From positions 1-16,605 of the forward strand of contig JANLPS010000041.1 in the NCBI GenBank assembly GCA_031367385.1: DNA of 16,605 nucleotides. The letters are read 5' to 3'. A program made the position numbers and the translations under genes. The stretch is from Archangium sp. (GTDB lineage: Bacteria > Myxococcota > Myxococcia > Myxococcales > Myxococcaceae). Below the pieces are notes generated by a model. The model did no database searches. It was not told the DNA's origin and saw only the letters and a list, made by a program, of their open reading frames with translations. Of this stretch, positions 1-7,962 are shown in pieces (the stretch's first letter is position 1; every line of letters begins with the position of its first letter).

Positions 1-608
1 AGTGAGGCCTTGAAGGAGGTGGGAGTCGAGGACGGCGTGGTGATGGTGGTGGGGACTGTGTACTCGCTCACCGGGACGTCTTCGGTGTGAGACTCGAAGC
101 CGACGAGGTTGATGCTGACGTCTTTGGTGCCCGCCGTGGCGTGCGCCGAAATGACAGAGCTGAAGGCCTGTGCGAGCGAGTCGTCAGTGACGCCCGCGGC
201 AATCAACGAGGCAGATTCGGGGAAGGCGGTGGTAACGGTTTGGACGACTTGGTCTCGCGTGAGAGGCACCTGGCCGTCGGCACCCGACATAATCTTCGCG
301 AGGTTGCCGGTGTCAGTGGGCGCTGCGTAGAGGACTACCGGAGCTGCAGCGGCCGCGGTGTCGAGAGACGCAGTGCCGTTTTGCAGCTGCGAGGCGCGCA
401 CGGTGGGGGCGTCGGCTGCTGGAGTCGCCGCCGCGGGAGGCGCCGCGACGGGTGCCGCTGCCGGCTCTGCGAAGCCTGAAGCTGAGGTGACGCCGGCCTG
501 GTCGAGCGCCGCTTGCTGAGCTGCTGAAGGTGTGGGGCTCTGCGCTGCGGGGGCTGCAGCGGGCTCGAAGTCTTCAACGGCTTGCTCAGACTGGCGGTCA
601 ATTCGCAT
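1..608 (-). CDS. Ala/Pro/Thr/Ser-rich hypothetical protein, N-terminal part only (runs off the left edge)
   Basis: Manual translation from ATG at 608 gives MRIDRQSEQAVEDFEPAAAPAAQSPTPSAAQQAALDQAGVTSASGFAEPAAAPVAAPPAAATPAADAPTVRASQLQNG...TTITTPSSTPTSFKAS, 202 codons with no stop before the edge. It is absent from the ORF track because it is truncated. A sigma-28-like promoter upstream points at it. Confidence 0.75.
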   Translation of the reverse strand, partial: MRIDRQSEQAVEDFEPAAAPAAQSPTPSAAQQAALDQAGVTSASGFAEPAAAPVAAPPAAATPAADAPTVRASQLQNGTASLDTAAAAAPVVLYAAPTDTGNLAKIMSGADGQVPLTRDQVVQTVTTAFPESASLIAAGVTDDSLAQAFSSVISAHATAGTKDVSINLVGFESHTEDVPVSEYTVPTTITTPSSTPTSFKAS

Positions 609-675
609 GGGGTCGGTAACCTGTCGGTGGCTCCGCGGGGAAGGCGGGGCAGATGAATGTGAGTTTCTCCTATTC

Positions 676-702
676 TTATCGGCTGAGACTGTTGGAAGTT
701 GC
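676..702 (-). promoter_or_regulatory. sigma-28 (FliA/WhiG)-type promoter
   Basis: Minus strand reads GCAACTTC-CAACAGTCTCA(11 nt)-GCCGATAA. The -10 box is a perfect GCCGATAA, and the 8+11+8 geometry matches the extended consensus TAAAGTTT-N11-GCCGATAA. The -35 box is divergent. Confidence 0.65.
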
Positions 703-807
703 GCGGCTCCCTCACAAAAGAACTCCAGTTATTTCGGATGGATGTACGACCGTTCGCCCAAATCAGCGTTGCACGCACACCCTGCTCGACACTATCGAGG
801 TGCGGCG

Positions 808-1641
808 ATGTCTTCGATCGAGGCCATTTTCGAGGTGCTGGCAGGCCGCCGGGTCTGCCTGCTGACCGGAGCGGGGATCAGCACCGAGTCGGGCATCCCC
901 GATTACCGGGGGCCTCAGACCCGGGCCCGCCCGCGCAACCCGATTCAGCACCGGGCTTTCGTCGAGAGCCCGGCAACGCGCGCCAGGTATTGGGCACGGA
1001 GCACGCTCGGGTGGCCACGGTTTCGGGCCTTCGAGCCCAACGCCGGGCATCGCGCGGTGGCGGCGTGGCAGGCCAGCGGGCAGATCACCGGGCTCATCAC
1101 CCAAAACGTCGACCGGCTGCACCACAAAGCGGGGAGCCCGGGCGTGATCGAGCTGCACGGGGCGCTCTTCGAGGTGCGGTGCCTGGCCTGCGGTGCGCTC
1201 GAGCCCCGCGACGCTTTGCAACAGCGAATTCTCGAGGGAAACCCCGAAGCCCAGAGGTGGGCGTTCTCGCTGGCGCCCGATGGAGACGCCGACATCTCCG
1301 AGGCGGCGCTGAGTGGCTTTGAGGTGCCCGGCTGCCTCCACTGCGGCGGCGTGCTCAAGCCCGATGTGGTCTTCTTCGGCGACAACGTGCCACCGCCCAG
1401 GGTCGACGAGGCGTTCGCAGCGCTCACCGCGGCCGAGGCGTTGGTGGTGATTGGCTCGTCGCTCGCGGTGTACTCGGGCTACCGCTTCGTGCTGAAGGCC
1501 GCCGAGCGCAAGGTGCCGATAGTGTTGGTGAATTTGGGTGAGTCACGGGGTGACGCGCAGGCGACCGTGCGGGTCGAAGCCAAGGCGGGCGACCTGCTGC
1601 CTGCGTTGGTTGAGCGCTTGGCCGCCAACCTGAAGTATTGA
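808..1641 (+). CDS. cobB: NAD-dependent protein deacylase, Sir2 family, class II (SIRT4-like)
   Basis: Motifs LTGAGISTESGIPDYR, RARYWARS, ITQNVDRLH, ELHG, two CxxC zinc pairs (CLAC, CLHC), PDGDA, LKPDVVFFGDNV and GSSLAVYSGYRF. Start placed at ATG 808 behind GAGG (797-800), not at the ORF-track start of 532. Confidence 0.93.
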   Translation: MSSIEAIFEVLAGRRVCLLTGAGISTESGIPDYRGPQTRARPRNPIQHRAFVESPATRARYWARSTLGWPRFRAFEPNAGHRAVAAWQASGQITGLITQNVDRLHHKAGSPGVIELHGALFEVRCLACGALEPRDALQQRILEGNPEAQRWAFSLAPDGDADISEAALSGFEVPGCLHCGGVLKPDVVFFGDNVPPPRVDEAFAALTAAEALVVIGSSLAVYSGYRFVLKAAERKVPIVLVNLGESRGDAQATVRVEAKAGDLLPALVERLAANLKY

Positions 1642-1648
1642 GCCACGC

Positions 1649-2494
1649 ATGGCTGACGTTTCAGAAACGCTGCTCGAGCGGTTGATGGAAGCCCGGCGCA
1701 GGTACCAGCTGCCGACCCAGCTTCGGCCGTTGGCCCACAGCTTTCTGCATCAGGTGCTGGGTCTGCTCTTCCCCCACTTCGCGACCCACGTGAACTGCAC
1801 TGAAGATGCGGTGCGCGAAGACTTGATCGAGCTGCAGGCATTGCTGGCGCGGCTCGAGCGCAGCATCGGGTCGATCATCGACGTGATGCCCACCGCGCTG
1901 GTCGACACCTTCGTGGCCCGCCTGCGCGACGTGCATGAGCTGCTCGGCGAAGACGCCCGGGCCATCTTCTCGGGCGACCCCGCGGCGCGCAGTGTCGATG
2001 AAGTGATTCTGACCTACCCCGGTTTCTTCGCGATCGCCGTGTACCGAGTCGCGCACGTTCTGCACGAGCAACGCATGCCGCTGCTGCCCCGGCTGTTGAC
2101 CGAGCACGCGCACGAAAAAACCGGCATCGACATTCACTCCGGCGCCACCATCGGCAAGCGCTTCTGCATCGATCACGGCACCGGCATCGTCATCGGAGAG
2201 ACGACCACCATCGGCGACGGCGTGAAGCTGTACCAGGGCGTGACCCTGGGCGCGGTGACGGTCGAGAAGACGCTCGCGGGCAACAAACGCCACCCGACCA
2301 TCGAAGACGAAGTGGTGATCTACGCCGGCGCGACGATTCTCGGTGGCAACACCGTGGTGGGTCACCACTCAGTGGTCGCTGGCAACGCGTTCTTGACTGC
2401 CAGCGTGCCTCCGCACTCAGTGGTGACCCGCCAAAGTGAGGTTCGCCCCCGCAAGGCCAACGGCTCGATGGACGACATCGAGTTCGTGATTTAG
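1649..2494 (+). CDS. cysE: serine O-acetyltransferase (long, EpsC-like type)
   Basis: GDPAARSVDEVILTYPGFFAIAVYRVAH, TGIDIHSGATIG, IDHGTGIVIGET, LYQGVTLG and KRHPTIEDEVVIYAGATILGG (hexapeptide left-handed beta-helix). Begins 7 nt after the sirtuin stop. Confidence 0.93.
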   Translation: MADVSETLLERLMEARRRYQLPTQLRPLAHSFLHQVLGLLFPHFATHVNCTEDAVREDLIELQALLARLERSIGSIIDVMPTALVDTFVARLRDVHELLGEDARAIFSGDPAARSVDEVILTYPGFFAIAVYRVAHVLHEQRMPLLPRLLTEHAHEKTGIDIHSGATIGKRFCIDHGTGIVIGETTTIGDGVKLYQGVTLGAVTVEKTLAGNKRHPTIEDEVVIYAGATILGGNTVVGHHSVVAGNAFLTASVPPHSVVTRQSEVRPRKANGSMDDIEFVI

Positions 2495-2498
2495 GTCG

Positions 2499-2939
2499 TT
2501 ACCGCTTCCACGGCATTTCGAGGCTCGCGTCGTAGCCGGGCGCCGAGACTGGGTTGCTCCTCCAGCCCTCACCGGTGCTCCGAACCATGTCGTACAGCTG
2601 GCGCGCAGCGCTCTTCTGCTCAGGCGTCGACTTGGAGTCACTGGCGACGCTGACCAAGGCACGGCGGGTCGCATCGACCAGGTCAGCGGAGCGCACGTCG
2701 CCTTTGCGTTGATTGGCGACCTGACCGAAGAGCGCGGCGAGCTGTTTCTGAAACGCTGGGTTGGTGAGAGCGCCCGACGTGATGGCCTCGGGCACCAGGC
2801 GCGTGGCGTTCGCGAAGTCACCGTCGAACCAGGTGGGCTTCTTGCCAAGCTCGTCAACGGTCGAGGCCGGCACCGTCATGTCGAGGGCTTTGGGCTGCTG
2901 CTTCTGCTCTGCTCTGACGTCGGTTGCTTTGAGAACCAT
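2499..2939 (-). CDS. hypothetical protein, 146 aa
   Basis: Fits the gap between cysE and tetR without overlap. ATG start preceded by AAAGGCAG, and a plausible helical composition. No family recognised. Confidence 0.7.
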   Translation of the reverse strand: MVLKATDVRAEQKQQPKALDMTVPASTVDELGKKPTWFDGDFANATRLVPEAITSGALTNPAFQKQLAALFGQVANQRKGDVRSADLVDATRRALVSVASDSKSTPEQKSAARQLYDMVRSTGEGWRSNPVSAPGYDASLEMPWKR

Positions 2940-2972
2940 GATTTCACTGCCTTTCGGTAAGTACAGCGGTGG

Positions 2973-3536
2973 TCAGCTCAACAAGTGGTGCGCGAGCCGG
3001 TGAATCGTCTGCTTGGCGCGCTCGATGTCTTTGGGTTTGCAGCCCTGCTCGAGCAAGTGCAGCGACATGCCTTCGATCATCGAGAGCAGCCCATAAAGAA
3101 GCAGCGCCTCGACGTTCTTGCCCGACACGCTCGCGGCCGTGCGCTGCAACGCAGTGACGAGCTGCTTGCGAAACCAGGTGCGGCGCGCATGCAGGAGCGA
3201 ATCAGAGCGCATCGCCTGCTCGATCAACACCTGCAGCAACGCGGTGTTCTCGAGGTGAAAGTCCAAATAGCCGTCGATGCCGAGCATCACGTGGTCGAGG
3301 CTGAGCGAGCTCGACGAGCCCGAAATGACGTCGACCAGCAGGCCGGTCATCGACTCGTAGAGCGCGCTGAGCACTTCGTCTTTGTTGGCGAAGTATTTGT
3401 AGAAGGTGCGCCGCGAGACCTTCGCCGCCAGCAGCAGGTCTTGCACGTTGGTCTTGGCGACGCCCTGGCGCGAGAAGACCTGGGCCGAGGCCTCGATGAT
3501 CGCTTCGCGCGTCGGGTGGTTGGGGCGGGTCGCCAA
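2973..3536 (-). CDS. TetR/AcrR family transcriptional regulator
   Basis: N-terminal HTH TREAIIEASAQVFSRQGVAKTNVQDLLLAAKVSRRTFYKYFANKDEVL. The start is uncertain: TTG at 3536 gives a typical 187 aa protein, while the ORF track extends to TTG at 3617. Confidence 0.9.
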   Translation of the reverse strand: MATRPNHPTREAIIEASAQVFSRQGVAKTNVQDLLLAAKVSRRTFYKYFANKDEVLSALYESMTGLLVDVISGSSSSLSLDHVMLGIDGYLDFHLENTALLQVLIEQAMRSDSLLHARRTWFRKQLVTALQRTAASVSGKNVEALLLYGLLSMIEGMSLHLLEQGCKPKDIERAKQTIHRLAHHLLS

Positions 3537-3555
3537 GGTAAACAGCGTGTATACC
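3537..3555. promoter_or_regulatory. candidate TetR operator (imperfect palindrome)
   Basis: GGTAAACAGCGTGTATACC = GGTA-a-ACA-gcg-TGT-a-TACC, with 7 of 8 arm positions paired. It abuts the likely tetR start codon in the divergent tetR/fadL region. Confidence 0.55.
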
Positions 3556-3663
3556 CACCGACCCGAAGGGCTCAAGGGGGTGCGGTGCTTTCTTGTTTTT
3601 CGAGATGCGGTTGCCAATTGATGTAGACACGGCGCCTTCGATTTCTTTGGGGGTTTCGCCGTG

Positions 3664-5097
3664 ATGCATCGAGCGCAGTGGGTCGCGGGTATCGTGGTGG
3701 CGCTGCACGCCGTGGGGGCGTTGGCCTCCGGGTTTTATTTCGGAGACAACGGCGCGAAGGCGCTGACCCAGGGTGGGGCGTTCACCGCGCAGGCCGATGA
3801 CGCGTCGGCGATGCAATACAACCCGGCGGGGTTCGCGCAACAGAAGGGCTTCGGGTTTCTGCTCGACGGTGAGCTCATCAACCACTCGGTGTCGTTTCTG
3901 CGCCAAGACCCGGGGTTCGACCCGGCCAACCCGTCGACCAAGTTGGTGACGCCGGTCAACAACACCGGAGGCGGCTTCTTGGTACCGATGGCCGGCGTGA
4001 GCTACGGCTTCTCGATTGGCCCGCGCACGTTGACGATCGGGTTGGGCGTGTACGGCCCTCCGTCGGTGGGGCACTACGTGTTTCCGACTCCGAACTACAC
4101 GACCAAGTCATCGAGTGGGGCGCTCGACCCTGACCCGCGGCGTACCGCTCCGCAGCGGTACACGCTGATCAGCAACGACATTCTGATTTACTACCCGACC
4201 CTGAGCATCGCGATGGACGTGCACCCGCGGTTCATGATCGGCGCGTCGCTGCAGCTGGTCGGCTCGCACTTCAAGTTCAGCCAGGCGTTTTATTCTGGCC
4301 TGACCAACCCGACGAAACAGGTCGACGAAGACCCGAACTACGACGCGACGGTCGCGCTCGACTTGAACGGGCGCATCGGGTTCACCGGCGTGTTGGGGCT
4401 CTTGTTCAAGCCGCTCGATTGGCTGGCGCTGGGCGCCTCGGTGCGGCCTCCGGTGGCGATTCACGCGAGCGGCACGATGAACTTCGAGCTGACCGATACG
4501 CTCAAGCCGTTGGCGGTGGTCGCGGGCAATCACGCCGACTTCGACTTGACGCTGCCGCTCGAGATTCGGGTGGGCGCGCGCTTCACGCCGGTGCCGAAGC
4601 TCGGAGTGAACGTCGACTTCGTCTACCTGGGCTGGCAATCGGTGGGCTCGTTTCTGCTCACGCCCACCGACATCACCATTGCGCAGGGTGGCGGCGCTCC
4701 GGCGGCGGTGCAGCCGATTCGCATCCCCCGCAATTGGCACGCGACGTACTCCGGGCGAGTGGGCGCCTCGTACGACATCGTGAAGTGGGTCACGGTGCAT
4801 GCGGGCGCGATGTACGAGACGGGCGCGAGCCAAGACCGCGACTTCGCGATCGACTTCGCCCACCCCGACCGCCTGTTTCTCACCGGCGGCGTGACGGCGC
4901 ACGTGGGGCCGATCGACGTGGTGGCGGGCATCGCGGGTACGCCGACGGTGACCAAGAACGTCACCGACAGCCGGGTGCTGCGCGCGCAAAACGACACCAC
5001 CGTCACTGCTGGAGTGGTGGGCGCCGGGGTCTACACCTTGGGCGGCTACACCCTGACTCTCGGGGTGCGCGGCCGCTTCGGTGCGCCATCACCGTGA
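3664..5097 (+). CDS. fadL: OmpP1/FadL family outer-membrane transporter for long-chain fatty acids or other hydrophobic compounds
   Basis: Signal peptide ending ALA, then SGFYFGDNGAKALTQGGAFTAQADDASAMQYNPAG (FadL hatch signature with NPA), followed by amphipathic beta-strands and a terminal strand YTLTLGVRGRF. Start is GTG 3661 or ATG 3664. Confidence 0.88.
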   Translation: MHRAQWVAGIVVALHAVGALASGFYFGDNGAKALTQGGAFTAQADDASAMQYNPAGFAQQKGFGFLLDGELINHSVSFLRQDPGFDPANPSTKLVTPVNNTGGGFLVPMAGVSYGFSIGPRTLTIGLGVYGPPSVGHYVFPTPNYTTKSSSGALDPDPRRTAPQRYTLISNDILIYYPTLSIAMDVHPRFMIGASLQLVGSHFKFSQAFYSGLTNPTKQVDEDPNYDATVALDLNGRIGFTGVLGLLFKPLDWLALGASVRPPVAIHASGTMNFELTDTLKPLAVVAGNHADFDLTLPLEIRVGARFTPVPKLGVNVDFVYLGWQSVGSFLLTPTDITIAQGGGAPAAVQPIRIPRNWHATYSGRVGASYDIVKWVTVHAGAMYETGASQDRDFAIDFAHPDRLFLTGGVTAHVGPIDVVAGIAGTPTVTKNVTDSRVLRAQNDTTVTAGVVGAGVYTLGGYTLTLGVRGRFGAPSP

Positions 5098-5609
5098 CGC
5101 CAGTACCGTTCGCGCTCGACGCCGGCGGCTGGCTCGTGATGGGCGAGACCCACCTCGCAAGTGGGCGGCTGCGGCGGGCCTTGGGCGCCTTTCGGCGCAG
5201 TCAGCAGACCGACCAGCGGGGCGAGAATTCGTTCAAGCTGCACACCGCGGTGAACGCGATCTCGACGGTCTTGCTGCAACAGCACAAATTCTTTTTGCAC
5301 CTGCACGATGAGTCGAAGCAGATGCAGCGGCGGCCTCCGGTGGCGGTCGATCTGGGCGCGGTGGCTCGGGTCGCGCTCGAGGCCAAGGCGGTGCTGCGGC
5401 CCGAAGTGCACCGCGCGCTCGACGGCATCGTGGTGTGCGCGCAGGCGTCGGCCTTGCTGCCTGAGTACGCCGATCAATCGTTCGTGCTCGAGCTCGAGAG
5501 CCGCGGGGGCGACGGCGCGAAGACGTTGATCGATCAATGGCTCGACGCGCAGCGCTGGCTCTACGACGCCCTGTTGAACGCCGAAGAGCCTTTGATTTCA
5601 ACGGCTTGA
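5094..5609 (+). CDS. hypothetical protein, 171 aa, with a possible single TPR-like motif at the N-terminus
   Basis: 3' part of ORF 4419..5609. GTG at 5094 overlaps the fadL stop (GTGA). The segment GWLVMGETHLASGRLRRALGAFRRSQQTD resembles a TPR helix pair. Confidence 0.6.
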   Translation: MTPVPFALDAGGWLVMGETHLASGRLRRALGAFRRSQQTDQRGENSFKLHTAVNAISTVLLQQHKFFLHLHDESKQMQRRPPVAVDLGAVARVALEAKAVLRPEVHRALDGIVVCAQASALLPEYADQSFVLELESRGGDGAKTLIDQWLDAQRWLYDALLNAEEPLISTA

Positions 5610-5671
5610 CCGCCGCGGCCACTCAACCGATGCCCGGGGGGAACCGTTTTGGGCCACAGTCGGCGGCTCCA

Positions 5672-6436
5672 ATGTGGTCTCGGCGCCGACAGCGTGGGCA
5701 GATAGCAGTCGAAACGGCGATCGTGATGCCGCTCTTCGTCTTCATCATTCTGGGGTTGCTGCAGCTGGGGTTGATGCACCAGGCGCACTTGATGGCGAAG
5801 TACGCGTCGTACAAAGCGGTGCGTGCAGGCTCGCTGAACCGCGGCGACAAAGCGGTGATGCGCCGCGCGGCGCTGGCGGTGTTGCTGCCGCTGACCACTG
5901 GCACCGGCCGCGACCCGCTGGTCAAGAACGTGAACGGCTCGAACAAGTACCTGTCGGCCTACAACGACGTGGTGAAGAGCCGCGCGGGCAAAGACAACAA
6001 CGTCGACATCGCGAAGATCACCATCTGCAACCCGACCTCGAAAGACGTGAGCCCCTCGGTCGACTTCGACGACCCGAATGAAATTGGCCAAGAGAACAAC
6101 CAGCCCAGCTGGGGCAAGTTCATGCGCACCCGGCTGGCGGTGCAGGTGACCTTCAACTACCGCCTCGTCATACCCTTCGCGAACATGGTGCTGTGGTGGG
6201 TGGTGCACGGCAAAGAGAACCTCGACTTGTTGCGGGTCTTGCGCTTCGCGCGCAAGCAGCGGCCGCTGAACACCTATCTCGAGAACGAGCAGGGGCTCAC
6301 CGCGCTCGCCCGGCAGGGCAAATACATTCTGCCGATTCGCACCAACTATTCGATGCGCATGTTCTCGAATTTCAAGGGCGGCCAGCTGCCCTCTTCGAAT
6401 GCCTGCGTGATTCCGTGGAAGAGGGCCGACGAATGA
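5672..6436 (+). CDS. TadE/TadG family pseudopilin (minor pilin)
   Basis: Basic leader, then RG|QIAVETAIVMPLFVFIILGLLQLG (class III signal, Glu at +5) and AKYASYKAVRAG typical of TadE. Start ATG 5672 (alternative 5630). Confidence 0.85.
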   Translation: MWSRRRQRGQIAVETAIVMPLFVFIILGLLQLGLMHQAHLMAKYASYKAVRAGSLNRGDKAVMRRAALAVLLPLTTGTGRDPLVKNVNGSNKYLSAYNDVVKSRAGKDNNVDIAKITICNPTSKDVSPSVDFDDPNEIGQENNQPSWGKFMRTRLAVQVTFNYRLVIPFANMVLWWVVHGKENLDLLRVLRFARKQRPLNTYLENEQGLTALARQGKYILPIRTNYSMRMFSNFKGGQLPSSNACVIPWKRADE

Positions 6437-7962
6437 GGCGCAGCCGTGGGCAAGTGCTGGTGCTGGCGTGTCTGGCGATGTTGATGGTCGGCTTGATGCT
6501 GATGCTCAGCTTCAACGTCACCAACGCGATTCACGAGCGCACTCGAATTCAGGCCACCGCCGACGCGCAGGCGATGTCGACCGCGACGCTCGAGGCGCGG
6601 GCCTTCAACACCATGGCCTTCACCAACCGGGCGATCGCCGGAGCGATGGTGGGCGAGATGGCGATTCACGCGTGGTGGGTGATGGCCGAGAACGAAGAAG
6701 GTCAGCTCAACGCCGGGTACATGGCGTTCATGCAGGTGTCGGGCATGGAGTACGGACAGTGCAACTGGCACGCTCCGCAGCACTGCGTCGACGGGTTGCA
6801 GGCGATGCAGATCGGCTTTCAGTTCAAGAACAAGGCGAGCAGCTACGGCAGCAAGCTGAACAGCCTCGAGCAGACCTTCAAGAGCGCGGTGAAGGGCCTC
6901 AACGACATGATGGAGCACATTCACGCCGACCAGAAAACCATTCTCGACAACACCAAAGCCGAGATCGCTTCGGGCTCAGCGACGATGGGGCAGCTCAAGA
7001 AAATCTCGGCCCCGAACGCGCGCTATTTGACCGCGGTCGACGGCATGAACGTCTCTGAATTCGCCTGCGCGCTCGAGGGCTCGAAGTTCGACGACAAGTG
7101 CAACGCCCCCTCGTGGAAGCCGGCGGGCTCGCTGTCATCGGCGGGGTCGCGGGGCAAGATTATGGAGAGTGCGGCGATGGCGATTCGGCCCCGCTTCGAG
7201 ACGGGCAATGCCTATTGGCGCTCGATGGCGAACGACGAGTTCAACGCCCATACTGCGTCTGCGGGCATGGCCTCGAGCGATGCCCAGCCACCGATGCCGG
7301 TGACGTTGAGCGACCCGAGCACGCCGAAAGACATTCAGAGCAGCGGCAGCTTCACCGTGCAGGGCTTCACGATGCCCAAGACGTGGGCTCGCAACAACAA
7401 GATCGGCGCCGAGATCAGCCCCGGCAGCCCCTCGATTGCCACCGTGAGCTGGAGACACGGCAGCGGCATGTGGATGACCTCGGGCAGCGGGGCAAGCCCA
7501 GTGGGCAAGCGAGAGGGCGGCGACGGGTACGTCGGGTTGCCATGCACCGGCGACAACTGCTTCATCAACTTTCGCGCGGGTGACGCGGCGAGCGACTACG
7601 GGCAACCGGTCACCTACGGCGCGCTGTCACAAGATCTGCGGCTGCAGCTCAACGGCAAGCGCGGGCCCTGGGAGCTGAACCAGCAGGGCACGGTGAAGAT
7701 CAAGCTGCAGCGAAATCACCAGACGCGGTTGGTGCTGGTACCGCAGGGCGTGGCGTACGCGGTGGCCAAGGGCAAGACGTACTTTCACCAGCTGGGGCCC
7801 AATGGCTGGGCGACTCCGCCGAACATGTTCGACCCGTTCTGGCGCGCCAAGCTGCAGGCGTTCGGCAAAGAGGAGCTGAAGACGGTGCTCTCGAAGATCG
7901 GTGACTCACAGGGCTCGGCCATCGTCGGCGGCGGCGGGCCAGTCGAAGGAAAGCTGCAATGA
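6433..7962 (+). CDS. large Tad-domain (TadG-like) pseudopilin, 509 aa
   Basis: MRRSRG|QVLVLACLAMLMVGLMLMLSFNVTNAIHERTRIQATADAQAMS matches the Tad/TadG N-terminal pattern and has no Glu at +5. C-terminal PNMFDPFWRAKL. ATGA overlap with the upstream stop. Confidence 0.85.
   Translation: MRRSRGQVLVLACLAMLMVGLMLMLSFNVTNAIHERTRIQATADAQAMSTATLEARAFNTMAFTNRAIAGAMVGEMAIHAWWVMAENEEGQLNAGYMAFMQVSGMEYGQCNWHAPQHCVDGLQAMQIGFQFKNKASSYGSKLNSLEQTFKSAVKGLNDMMEHIHADQKTILDNTKAEIASGSATMGQLKKISAPNARYLTAVDGMNVSEFACALEGSKFDDKCNAPSWKPAGSLSSAGSRGKIMESAAMAIRPRFETGNAYWRSMANDEFNAHTASAGMASSDAQPPMPVTLSDPSTPKDIQSSGSFTVQGFTMPKTWARNNKIGAEISPGSPSIATVSWRHGSGMWMTSGSGASPVGKREGGDGYVGLPCTGDNCFINFRAGDAASDYGQPVTYGALSQDLRLQLNGKRGPWELNQQGTVKIKLQRNHQTRLVLVPQGVAYAVAKGKTYFHQLGPNGWATPPNMFDPFWRAKLQAFGKEELKTVLSKIGDSQGSAIVGGGGPVEGKLQ

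Noticed and set aside
335..778. 147 aa minus-strand ORF
   Set aside because: Alternative frame of the better minus-strand gene starting at 608. It spans the promoter and has an Arg/Pro/Gln-rich off-frame composition.
532..807. 92 aa N-terminal extension of the sirtuin in the ORF track
   Set aside because: It overlaps the minus-strand gene start and its promoter. Sirtuin similarity begins after ATG 808, which has an SD.
2945..2980. Second sigma-28-like site (ACCGAAAG) upstream of the 146 aa gene
   Set aside because: The -10 box is imperfect and there is no GCAACT- or TAAA-like -35 at the right spacing; it overlaps a likely SD instead.
4419..5093. 5' part of the 396 aa ORF 4419..5609
   Set aside because: Lies out of frame within fadL and is Arg/Gly-rich; only the part from GTG 5094 looks protein-like.
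5610..5671. GC-rich hairpin or ECF-like GGAAC in the gap before the first pseudopilin
   Set aside because: The stem relies on G-U pairs and has no U-tract after it, and no convincing -10 element follows GGAAC. It cannot be supported as a terminator or promoter.
6193..6432. Upstream extension of the TadG-like ORF (and likewise 5537-5671 for the TadE ORF and 9885-10037 for the Cys-rich ORF)
   Set aside because: These extensions overlap the preceding genes. Signal sequences and stop/start overlaps define the later starts.
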